DNA of 64,000 nucleotides from an uncultured Eubacteriales bacterium (GTDB taxonomy: Bacteria > Actinomycetota > Coriobacteriia > Anaerosomatales > CAVRZR01): positions 20,272 through 84,271 of the forward strand of contig CAYGYT010000003.1 of NCBI GenBank assembly GCA_964354215.1, read 5' to 3'. A model generated the notes under the pieces. The model saw only the letters and a program-made list of their open reading frames with translations. It did no database searches and was not told the origin of the DNA. Made by a program: the position numbers and the translations under genes. Positions 9,703 to 18,214 of the stretch are shown in pieces (the first letter of the stretch is position 1; every line of letters starts with the position of its first letter).

Positions 9703-12700
9703 ATGTCGATATCGATGGGTTCCCGTGCGGCGGGCCGGTGGCGGCTTGCGCCGGCCGACGCTGCCGTCGTCCACGAGCTAGCGAGTGCAACCGGCTTGTC
9801 CGAGGTCACGGCGCGCGTTCTCGCGTGCCGAGGCATAGACAGCATTGAGGCAGCCGGGCGCTTCCTCGGCCCTGATCTCGATCGCGACTGGCTCGACCCG
9901 GCTCTGATTCCGGGGATGAGCGATGCCGCGGACCGCGTCACCCAGGCCGTGGGCTCCCGGGGGCGCATCGTGGTCTTCGGCGACTTCGATCTCGACGGTA
10001 TCGCTTCGGCGGCCCTGACGACGATCGGCCTGCGAGCGATGGGTGCCGATGTGCGCGCCGTCGTGCCCCACCGCTTCCGCGAGGGGTACGGGCTGTCGCG
10101 CGCTGCGCTCGAGCGTGTCTTCGCCCTCAAGCCGTCCCTGGTGGTGACGGTCGACTGCGGCGTCTCGGCGGCGTCGGAGGTCGAGGCGCTTAGCGAACGG
10201 GGAGTAGCGTGCGTAGTCACGGACCACCACGAGCCCGGTGCTGGCATGCCTTCGGGCATTCCGGTCGCGAACCCGAAGCTCGACCCGATGTGCTCATCGC
10301 GCGCGCTTGCGGGTGCGGGCGTTGCGCTCAAACTCGTGCAGGCAGTAGGCGAGCGGCTCGGTCGCCCGGACGTCTGGCGCGAACTCGTGGATCTCGCGAC
10401 TTTGGGGACGGTCGCGGATATCGTCCCGCTCGTTGGCGAGAACCGCGCGCTCGTCTACGAGGGCCTTCGTGCGATGCGATCGTCGCCGCGCCTTGGCGTC
10501 GCTGCACTCGCCTCGGCCGCCAGCGTGTCACTCGAGACGCTCGACGCCGAGGGCATCGGTTTCGCACTCGCGCCGCGCCTCAACGCCGCGGGTCGGATGG
10601 GAGACCCGGCCGACGCGCTTCAGCTGCTCGTGACCGATGACCCCGCGCTTGCCGAGCGCCTGGCGATCGGTCTCGACGAGCAGAACCGCGCACGCCAAGC
10701 GGTCGAGCAGGACCTGGCAGAGGCTGCGCTCGCACAGGCGGAACGGGTCTACGCGGGTGAGCGCGCGCTCGTCCTTGCCGGAGACGGCTGGCACGAGGGT
10801 GTGAAGGGGATCGTCGCTTCGCGTATCGCGTCCACGTACGGCGTGCCGACGCTGCTCTTCACCATTGAGGGTGGCGAGGCCCGGGGCTCCGGACGAAGTG
10901 TCGGTACCGTTGACCTCTACCAAGCAGTGTCCGGGGCAAGTGCAAGCTTGACGCGGTTCGGCGGACACGCCGCCGCGGTCGGGTGCGCGCTTCCCGCTGA
11001 CGCACTGCCTGGATTCACTCGCGAGCTGCTCGCGGAGCTCGACGAGCTTCCGGGAGAGGCGTTTGCGGTCGAGACTCTCTACGACGCTGAGATCGCGCTC
11101 GAGGACGTCGGGCTCGAACTGTCAGCCGAGTTCGCGCGGCTTGCACCACATGGGCATGGGAACCCTCGTCCGCTCCTGTCGACTCGTTCGGTCTTCATGA
11201 ACGGGCGACAGCGAGTAGGAAAGAGCGGAAACCACCTGCGCTTCACGGCCTACGACGGCGGAGTGTCGGTGCCGGCGATCGCTTTCAGGTGTCGAGATAT
11301 CGCGGTATTTGCGCTCACGGACGCGCCCGTCGACCTGGCATACGGAATCGAGACGGACCAGTGGCGTGGACGCCACCGCGTGCAGCTCGTGGTGCGCGAC
11401 GTCATGGCGCATGAGGCGCCCGAACTCACTCAGGTGGGCGTACTCATCGAAGACCTCTTCGCGCGTGCCGATGAGATCATCGCTCGTGAGGAATACGCGG
11501 GCATCGGCGATGCCGAGTCCTTCCATACGAAGCTCGCTGGCGTGACGTTCGAGGGGCGCCAAGGGGTTCTGGCACGGATCGAGCCCGGCACCCCACTCAG
11601 GCTCGAGCGGCAGCCCGCGAACGAGTACGACACGAACGCGATCGCGCTCTTCGACCCCTTCGGTGATCAGGTTGGCTTCTTCAACCGTCGGCTTGCGGCG
11701 GCGCTCGCGCCCGTGGTGGACGCAGGCAACGCATACGACGTGGAAGTGACGGACGTAACCGGGGGTGAAGACGGACGGAGTCTCGGCGTGAACGTGCTCG
11801 TCTCGAGGCGGGGGAGCCGCGAGGACGCGGCTTCCTCCGCGGAACGTCAAGCGGAACGAAGAGCCGTGCTCTCCGCGCTCGTCCCAGCCGATCTGGATGC
11901 GGAACTTACCCGCCTCTTCCTCGGTGAGCGCCGTCTCCACGCTGCGCAAGCGCAGGCGCTCGCGCACCTTGCGAACGGCGAGAACACCCTGCTCGTCATG
12001 GCGACCGGGCGGGGGAAGTCGGTCGTGTTCCATCTTCACGCGGCGCGGCTTGCACTACACGAAGCAGCCGCCTCGCTGTTCGTCTACCCGCTTCGCGCGC
12101 TCGTCTCGGATCAGGCGTTCCATCTCGAGACGACCTTCGCCGACGCCGGGCTGGCGGTCCGAACGCTTACGGGCGAGTCAGCCCCCACCGCGCGTGACGA
12201 GGCGTTTGCGGCGCTCGCGGATGGGCTGCTGGACGTCGTGCTCACCACGCCGGAGTTCCTCGACCATCACGCGAGGCGGTTCGCCGAGAGCGGACGCGTG
12301 CGGTTCGTCGTGGTGGATGAGGCGCACCACGTGGGGATGGCCCGCGCGGGCCACCGCCCCGCATATGCGCGGCTCGACCGAGCGCTCGCCACGCTCGGCG
12401 CACCGGTCGTGCTGGCTGCAAGTGCGACCGCGGGCGACGAGACAGCGGATGCCATCCGAACCGTCCTGGGCGTCGAACGCGTCGTGGCTGATCCGACGGT
12501 GCGCGACAACCTGCGCATCGAGGACAAGCGCGACCACGCCGACAAGGACACGTACGTGTGCGCGCTTGCAGCCGGTGGAGACAAGTTCGTCGTGTACGTG
12601 AACTCCCGGGAGCAGTCGGTACGCATCGCACGCACGCTGAGAAAGCGCGTCGGGGGCATCGCTATGCGGACCGCATTCTACAACGGAGGTCTGTCCCGCG

Positions 12701-13341
12701 AGGCGCGTCTCGCGGTGGAGCGCGCGTTCCGTTCGGGCGAGGTGACCGCAGTGGTCGCCACGAGCGCGTTTGGCGAGGGCGTCAACATCCCCGACATCCG
12801 TCACGTGGTTCACTACCATCTACCCTTCGGGGAGGTCGAGTTCAACCAGATGTCGGGCCGGGCGGGCCGCGATGGGGCGGCCGCCTCGGTACACCTTCTG
12901 TTCGGCCGAAAGGATGCGCGCATCAACGAGTCGATCCTGAGCAGCCTCGCCCCCGAGCGCGACGACCTGGCCGCGCTCTACCTCGTTCTGCGCGAAGAGC
13001 ACGCGCAGTCGGGGGAGGGATTCGAGGTCACGAACGCCGAGCTCGCCGAGCGGGCGAGACGGCGCCGCCGGCAGTTCGCCCTCGACGAGCGTGGCGTGTC
13101 CTCGGCGCTCGGCATCCTTCGGGAACTCGGGCTCGTGGATGGCGAGGGGCAGGGGTCGTATCGGCGGCTAACGCTCCTGCCTGCTCCCGCCGAGAAGCTC
13201 GACTTGGCACAGTCGGTCCGCTACGCCGAAGGCCTCGACGAGATCGCTGAGTTCGGCGAGTTTAGAGACTGGGTGCTTTCGGCCGAGCCGCCCGTGTTGC
13301 TCGAGCGGTTCAACCGTCCTATCCTGCCTACACACCTCTGA
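9703..13341 (+). CDS. recJ: single-stranded-DNA-specific exonuclease RecJ fused to a HIRAN domain and a RecQ-like SF2 helicase (1212 aa)
   Basis: RecJ motifs: DFDLDG, VDCG, TDHH, GGHAAAVG. HIRAN-like block: LRLERQPANEYDTNAIALFDPFGDQVGFFNRRLAAALAPVVD. Helicase motifs: MATGRGKS, VVDEAHH, SAT, QMSGRAGRDG. No stop or frameshift occurs between the domains. Confidence 0.9.
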   Translation: MSISMGSRAAGRWRLAPADAAVVHELASATGLSEVTARVLACRGIDSIEAAGRFLGPDLDRDWLDPALIPGMSDAADRVTQAVGSRGRIVVFGDFDLDGIASAALTTIGLRAMGADVRAVVPHRFREGYGLSRAALERVFALKPSLVVTVDCGVSAASEVEALSERGVACVVTDHHEPGAGMPSGIPVANPKLDPMCSSRALAGAGVALKLVQAVGERLGRPDVWRELVDLATLGTVADIVPLVGENRALVYEGLRAMRSSPRLGVAALASAASVSLETLDAEGIGFALAPRLNAAGRMGDPADALQLLVTDDPALAERLAIGLDEQNRARQAVEQDLAEAALAQAERVYAGERALVLAGDGWHEGVKGIVASRIASTYGVPTLLFTIEGGEARGSGRSVGTVDLYQAVSGASASLTRFGGHAAAVGCALPADALPGFTRELLAELDELPGEAFAVETLYDAEIALEDVGLELSAEFARLAPHGHGNPRPLLSTRSVFMNGRQRVGKSGNHLRFTAYDGGVSVPAIAFRCRDIAVFALTDAPVDLAYGIETDQWRGRHRVQLVVRDVMAHEAPELTQVGVLIEDLFARADEIIAREEYAGIGDAESFHTKLAGVTFEGRQGVLARIEPGTPLRLERQPANEYDTNAIALFDPFGDQVGFFNRRLAAALAPVVDAGNAYDVEVTDVTGGEDGRSLGVNVLVSRRGSREDAASSAERQAERRAVLSALVPADLDAELTRLFLGERRLHAAQAQALAHLANGENTLLVMATGRGKSVVFHLHAARLALHEAAASLFVYPLRALVSDQAFHLETTFADAGLAVRTLTGESAPTARDEAFAALADGLLDVVLTTPEFLDHHARRFAESGRVRFVVVDEAHHVGMARAGHRPAYARLDRALATLGAPVVLAASATAGDETADAIRTVLGVERVVADPTVRDNLRIEDKRDHADKDTYVCALAAGGDKFVVYVNSREQSVRIARTLRKRVGGIAMRTAFYNGGLSREARLAVERAFRSGEVTAVVATSAFGEGVNIPDIRHVVHYHLPFGEVEFNQMSGRAGRDGAAASVHLLFGRKDARINESILSSLAPERDDLAALYLVLREEHAQSGEGFEVTNAELAERARRRRRQFALDERGVSSALGILRELGLVDGEGQGSYRRLTLLPAPAEKLDLAQSVRYAEGLDEIAEFGEFRDWVLSAEPPVLLERFNRPILPTHL

Positions 13342-13361
13342 CTCAAGGGACGGCAGGCCCG

Positions 13362-15590
13362 ATGCCCGCAACGCTCGAACAGATAGAGGCGCAGGTCAGG
13401 GAATACAACCCCGGCGCGGATCTGAGCGGGCTTGCCGAGGCGTACGCCTTTGCCGTCGAGGCCCACGAGGGCCAGATGCGCAAGTCGGGGGAACCGTTCG
13501 TCAAGCACCCGGTCGAGGTCTGCCTCATCCTCGCCGAGCTCCACCTCGACAGCGCGACGCTTACGGCTGCCTTGTTGCACGACGTGGTCGAGGACTCGTC
13601 GGTGCCGCTCTCTGAGATTCGCGAGCACTTCGGCGACGAGGTCGCGGATCTTGTGGATGGGGTCACAAAGCTCGGCAAGATCAAGTTCGCGTCACTCGCC
13701 GAGCAGCAGAGCCAGAACCTGCGAAAGATGCTCATCGCGATGGCGAAGGACATCCGGGTCATCCTCATCAAGCTCGCCGACCGCCTGCACAACATGCGCA
13801 CGCTCGCGGCGCTTCCCGAGGACCGGCGTCGCGAGAAGGCCATCGAGACGATGGAGATCTACGCGCCGCTCGCGCACCGCCTCGGCATCTCGAGCATCAA
13901 GTGGGAGCTCGAGGATCTCGCCTTCTACTATCTGGAGCCGCACAAGTTCCACCAGGTGGCGCGGATGGTAGCGGAGAGCCGGGAGGCGCGCGAGGAGTAC
14001 CTCACTCAGGTGGTGGATCAGCTTCAGACCGAGCTTCGGGCTATCGGGGTGGACGCCGATATCAAGGGACGCCCCAAGCACTTGTACAGCATCTACCAGA
14101 AGATGGCTCGCAAAGGTAAGGACTTCAACGAGATCTATGACCTGATCGCGCTTCGCGTGATCGTCGACTCGGTCAAGGACGTCTACGGTGCGCTCGGCAC
14201 CGTTCACTCCATCTGGAAGCCGGTGCCCGGGCGGTTCAAGGACTACGTGGCGATGCCCAAGTTCAACATGTACCAGTCGCTGCACACGACGGTCATCGGT
14301 CCGGCCGGCCGGCCGCTCGAGATCCAAATCCGCACGGAGGAGATGCACCGCACCGCCGAGTATGGTGTGGCGGCGCACTGGCGCTACAAGGAGGACCGTC
14401 GCGGCGACGAATCGTTCGACGAGCGGCTCGCTTGGCTTCGGCAGATGCTCGAATGGCAGACCGAGCTCAAGGATCCGCGCGAGTTCATGGAGGCCTTGAA
14501 GATCGACCTCTTTGAGGACGAGGTCTTCGTCTTCACACCGAAGGGCGACGTCGTCTCGCTCAGGCGCGGCTCGACACCCATCGACTTCGCCTACACCATC
14601 CACACTGAGGTCGGCAACCGGACGGTCGGCGCGAAGGTCAACGGCGCCATCGTTCCGCTCGGCTACGAGCTGCAAATGGGCGACCGCATCGAGATTATGA
14701 CGAACAAGAGCTCCACCCCGTCGCGCGACTGGCTAAACATCGTGCGCACGTCGAGCGCGAGGAGCAAGATCCGGAGCTACTTCTCCAAGGTCAACCGCGT
14801 CGACGACCTGCAGCATGGCCGAGAGGAACTCGGCAAGGTCATGCGCAAGCATGGGATGGGCATCGGGTCCTCGACCGCCGCGAAGGCCCTGGAGGCCGTC
14901 GCAAAGGATATGAACTACGCGTCCGCCGACGACATGCTCGCCGGCATTGGCGGGGGCAAGCTCTCGGCGAAGCAGGTCGGCACCAAGCTCCTGAAACGTA
15001 TGGCCAAGGACGGCCAGAAGGGCGTCGCCGAGAAGCTCCCCGGCGAGTCGCCCGATATGCTGCCGCTCACACAACCGATGCGCCCGCCGCGATCCAAGCG
15101 CCAGAAGCCGGGGGGCGGCGTGAAGGTTGTCGGGATCGATGACGTGCTCGTGCGTCTTGCGCACTGCTGCAACCCGGTACCGGGCGACGGAATCGTCGGC
15201 TTCGTCACACGCGGGCGCGGCGTATCGGTGCATCGGCGAGACTGCCCGAACGCCGTCGAACTGCTCAAGTCACCGGAGCGGATCATCGAGGTCGAGTGGG
15301 ACCGGGCGGCGTCGTCGACCTACCAAGTCGAGATCTACGTCGAAGCGCTCGACCGCATGCGGCTCCTGCAAGACGTGACCGCCGCGCTTGGTGAGTCGGG
15401 CGTCAACATCCTTGCCGCCTCGACGCAGACCCAGCGCGACGGCATCGTGAACATGCGCTTCCTCTTCGAGCTCGGCAACATGGACCAGCTCCAGTCGGTA
15501 CTGCGAACCGTGCACTCGATCGACGGCGTCTTCGAGGCCCGCCGGATGCTACCGGGCGAGAGCAGCGGTCAGCGCAAGGCGGGCGTATAG
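13362..15590 (+). CDS. relA: bifunctional (p)ppGpp synthetase/hydrolase (RelA/SpoT homologue)
   Basis: 742 aa. HD hydrolase domain (HDVVEDS), synthetase domain (YQSLHTTV, RTEEMH), and TGS and ACT C-terminal domains. Confidence 0.96.
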   Translation: MPATLEQIEAQVREYNPGADLSGLAEAYAFAVEAHEGQMRKSGEPFVKHPVEVCLILAELHLDSATLTAALLHDVVEDSSVPLSEIREHFGDEVADLVDGVTKLGKIKFASLAEQQSQNLRKMLIAMAKDIRVILIKLADRLHNMRTLAALPEDRRREKAIETMEIYAPLAHRLGISSIKWELEDLAFYYLEPHKFHQVARMVAESREAREEYLTQVVDQLQTELRAIGVDADIKGRPKHLYSIYQKMARKGKDFNEIYDLIALRVIVDSVKDVYGALGTVHSIWKPVPGRFKDYVAMPKFNMYQSLHTTVIGPAGRPLEIQIRTEEMHRTAEYGVAAHWRYKEDRRGDESFDERLAWLRQMLEWQTELKDPREFMEALKIDLFEDEVFVFTPKGDVVSLRRGSTPIDFAYTIHTEVGNRTVGAKVNGAIVPLGYELQMGDRIEIMTNKSSTPSRDWLNIVRTSSARSKIRSYFSKVNRVDDLQHGREELGKVMRKHGMGIGSSTAAKALEAVAKDMNYASADDMLAGIGGGKLSAKQVGTKLLKRMAKDGQKGVAEKLPGESPDMLPLTQPMRPPRSKRQKPGGGVKVVGIDDVLVRLAHCCNPVPGDGIVGFVTRGRGVSVHRRDCPNAVELLKSPERIIEVEWDRAASSTYQVEIYVEALDRMRLLQDVTAALGESGVNILAASTQTQRDGIVNMRFLFELGNMDQLQSVLRTVHSIDGVFEARRMLPGESSGQRKAGV

Positions 15591-15591
15591 C

Positions 15592-16242
15592 GTGCGTGTG
15601 GAGCGCCTCGTCCTCGGCGAGCTCCAGACGAACTCATGGGTCGTTTCGGACGACCGCGGCGGTCCCGCGGTCGTGATCGACCCGGCCGGGGGTCCGCCGG
15701 ATGCCGGCTTGGTCATCGAGGCGCTCGGCGGTCGTCAGGTCGCACTCGTGATACTCACGCACGCGCACTTCGACCACCTCGGGTCCGCTGGCGCCGTCCT
15801 CGCAGAAACGGGCGCCCCGCTCGTGGCGCACGCGATCGATGCACCGCGGATCACGTCGGCCGCAGCAGACGGGACCGGAGGAGCGCTATTCGGGTTCTCA
15901 GATATCGCGCCGGCCGCCGATCGAGTGGTCCACGATCACCAACACATAGCTATAGGTCGACTTGACCTTGAGGTTATTCATACTCCGGGGCACACCGCGG
16001 GCTCGATTTCGCTGCTGGCCAGCGACGACAGCGGTGGACCTGCCCGCCTGTTCTCTGGTGACACGCTCTTTGCGAATAGCGTTGGGCGCACGGATTTCCC
16101 CGGCGGTGATGCGAGCGCCCTCCGGGCGTCCATTGCGCGCCTCGCTGCGTTGCCAGATGACACTCTGGTTCACCCAGGGCATGGCCCGGACACGACGATC
16201 GGGCGCGAGCGTAGGGTGAACCCGTTCTTTCCGCGTGCATAG
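15592..16242 (+). CDS. MBL-fold metallo-hydrolase (glyoxalase II-like)
   Basis: THAHFDH metal motif, HTPGHTAGS, and the late HPGHG motif. GTG start lies 1 nt after the relA stop. Confidence 0.85.
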   Translation: MRVERLVLGELQTNSWVVSDDRGGPAVVIDPAGGPPDAGLVIEALGGRQVALVILTHAHFDHLGSAGAVLAETGAPLVAHAIDAPRITSAAADGTGGALFGFSDIAPAADRVVHDHQHIAIGRLDLEVIHTPGHTAGSISLLASDDSGGPARLFSGDTLFANSVGRTDFPGGDASALRASIARLAALPDDTLVHPGHGPDTTIGRERRVNPFFPRA

Positions 16243-16326
16243 CAGCGGGTCAGACAACCTGACGGACTGGTACGCCGCGCTGGCCCCATGCGAGCCGAGC
16301 AAGGCAGATAGGGTGGTGACTGCCGC

Positions 16327-16713
16327 ATGACCACGCACACCAGGGACATCCTTTTCGTTGCGTTCGGCGGGGCGGTGGGTTCGGTGCTTCGCTACGGCGT
16401 AGGCAAGCTCATGGGTCCAATGGCCGACGCACACGTGCCGTGGCACACGTTCGCAGTGAACGTATCCGGTTCTTTCGTTCTCGGGATGCTCATCGCACTC
16501 GCCGCGCGCCAGGGGTGGCCCGGCTGGTGGCGGCCGCTGCTCGCCATCGGGCTTCTCGGCGGGTACACGACGTTCTCGACCTTCTCGCTCGAATCCATGG
16601 AACTCGTCTTGCGTGGTTCCCAGGTCACTGGAGTGCTCTACGCAGCGGCGTCCGTGTTGGCGGGAGTGCTCGCAGCCTACGGAGGCCTGCTCGCAGGACG
16701 CGCAGTGGCCTAG
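16327..16713 (+). CDS. crcB: fluoride ion channel CrcB/FluC
   Basis: 128 aa, 4 TM. GGAVGSVLRY and GLLGGYTTFSTF motifs. Confidence 0.9.
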   Translation: MTTHTRDILFVAFGGAVGSVLRYGVGKLMGPMADAHVPWHTFAVNVSGSFVLGMLIALAARQGWPGWWRPLLAIGLLGGYTTFSTFSLESMELVLRGSQVTGVLYAAASVLAGVLAAYGGLLAGRAVA

Positions 16714-16907
16714 CAGGACCGCGACGCCCTCACCACGACGACAACTGCTACACGTTCGACCTCGGCGACCTCGGGCCGGATCCCCAGCGCATCAAGCTCG
16801 TGCTCATCGGCTGGACCCCGTACCCGTCAACCGAGGAGCGCAACGACATGTTCGCGCGCGTGCGCTAGAGTAGGGAGCCGCACGCGCCGCCTGCATGGAG
16901 CTCTCGT

Positions 16908-18176
16908 ATGAACGCACGCGCGCCCAAAGGCACATCCGACATGCTTCCCGACGTGGCTCGTGCGTGGGAGTACTTGCTGCGCGTGGGTCAGGACCTCTTC
17001 GCACGGTACGGCTACGAGCCCATCTACTCGCCGCTGTTCGAGCACACCGATGTCTTCACGCGTGGTATCGGCGAAGCCACCGACATCGTCTCCAAAGAGA
17101 TGTATACGTTTGAGGACCGAGCCGGCCGAAGCCTCACCCTCAGGCCGGAGGGCACCGCGAGCGTGGTACGTGCCGCGCTCGAGCACACGCTCGTGCCACA
17201 AGGGTCGTTCGCGAAGCTCTACTATGCCGGCCCTATGTTTCGCTACGAGCGACCGCAGAAGGGCCGCACGCGGCAGTTCTGGCAGATCGGCGTCGAGACG
17301 CTCGGCGCCGCCGAGCCGAGCGTCGACGCCGAGACGATCGCGCTGCTCGTGCGCTATTTCGAGGCGGTCGGCATCCCGCGCGAGCGCATGCGGCTGCTCG
17401 TGAACTCGATGGGCGACGAGGTGTGCCGCCCCACGTATCGGGAGTCCGTAGCGACGTTCATCCGCGAGCACTCGACGGAGCTGTGCGAGGAGTGCAATCG
17501 CCGAGCGGAGACAAATCCCCTCCGGGCCTTCGACTGCAAGGTGCCCGGGTGTGCCGAGATCATGGCTGGCGCGCCGCTCTTGCGTGATCAGCTCTGCGAC
17601 GCGTGCGCAGCGCACTACTCGGCGGTCAAGCGGTGCCTCACCGACATCGGCATCTCCTACGAAGAGGAGCCCAGGCTTGTCCGGGGACTCGACTACTACA
17701 CGCGTACGGTCTTCGAGATCCAAGCCGAGGGGCTCGGGGCGCAGAACGCCATCGGCGGGGGTGGGCGCTACGACCGCCTTATGGAGGAGTACGGCGGACC
17801 GCCGACGCCAGGGCTCGGCTGGGCGCTCGGCTTTGAGCGTACGCTCCTCGCGCTCGAGGCCGCCGGCGTCGCGATCCCGGCGTCGCCGCTCGCACAGGTG
17901 TACGTTGCGTGTGCCGACCAGAGCGTGGGCTACGAGGCGTTTCGACTCACGCAGCTGCTCCGCGACGCTGGGATCGCGACCGAGATGGACCACCAAGGCC
18001 GCAGCCTCAAGAGCCAGTTCAAGCAGGCCGACCGGCTGCGCGCGCGGTACGTCCTGATCGTCGGTCCTGACGAGATCGCCGAGGGCGACATCGTGCTTCG
18101 CGACATGCAGACCAAAGAGCAGACCCGCGTGAAGACGGCCGAGGCTGCCACTCACGTGTCGTCGCTGCTCTCCTGA
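16908..18176 (+). CDS. hisS: histidine--tRNA ligase
   Basis: Class II motifs LRPEGTASVVRA, YYAGPMFRYERPQKGRTRQFWQ and GGGRYD, plus a C-terminal anticodon-binding domain. Confidence 0.97.
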   Translation: MNARAPKGTSDMLPDVARAWEYLLRVGQDLFARYGYEPIYSPLFEHTDVFTRGIGEATDIVSKEMYTFEDRAGRSLTLRPEGTASVVRAALEHTLVPQGSFAKLYYAGPMFRYERPQKGRTRQFWQIGVETLGAAEPSVDAETIALLVRYFEAVGIPRERMRLLVNSMGDEVCRPTYRESVATFIREHSTELCEECNRRAETNPLRAFDCKVPGCAEIMAGAPLLRDQLCDACAAHYSAVKRCLTDIGISYEEEPRLVRGLDYYTRTVFEIQAEGLGAQNAIGGGGRYDRLMEEYGGPPTPGLGWALGFERTLLALEAAGVAIPASPLAQVYVACADQSVGYEAFRLTQLLRDAGIATEMDHQGRSLKSQFKQADRLRARYVLIVGPDEIAEGDIVLRDMQTKEQTRVKTAEAATHVSSLLS

Positions 18177-18214
18177 CCACACGACTGACCCGTCGCCGAG
18201 GAAAGGCCTCATTC

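Noticed and set aside
16243-16326. Possible fluoride (crcB-motif) riboswitch upstream of crcB.
   Set aside because: The 84-nt spacer lacks the conserved GGxGAUG...AAACxGCC...GGCUGAUG...CCUAC elements as I remember them. No convincing pseudoknot-forming pairs were seen.
16827-18212. 461-aa ORF on the minus strand. Other very long antisense ORFs are similar: 1655-2848, 25475-27022, 27972-29168, 40566-42056, 50515-52035, 53860-55062, 56076-57458, 57501-58772 and 58815-60035.
   Set aside because: Each lies exactly opposite a gene with unmistakable family motifs (hisS, queH, alaS, mltG, pilC, pepP/efp, accC, dxs, tlyA/nadK). Their translations are Arg/Pro/Gly/His-rich with no recognisable motifs. 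This is the usual stop-codon-poor antisense artefact of high-GC DNA.
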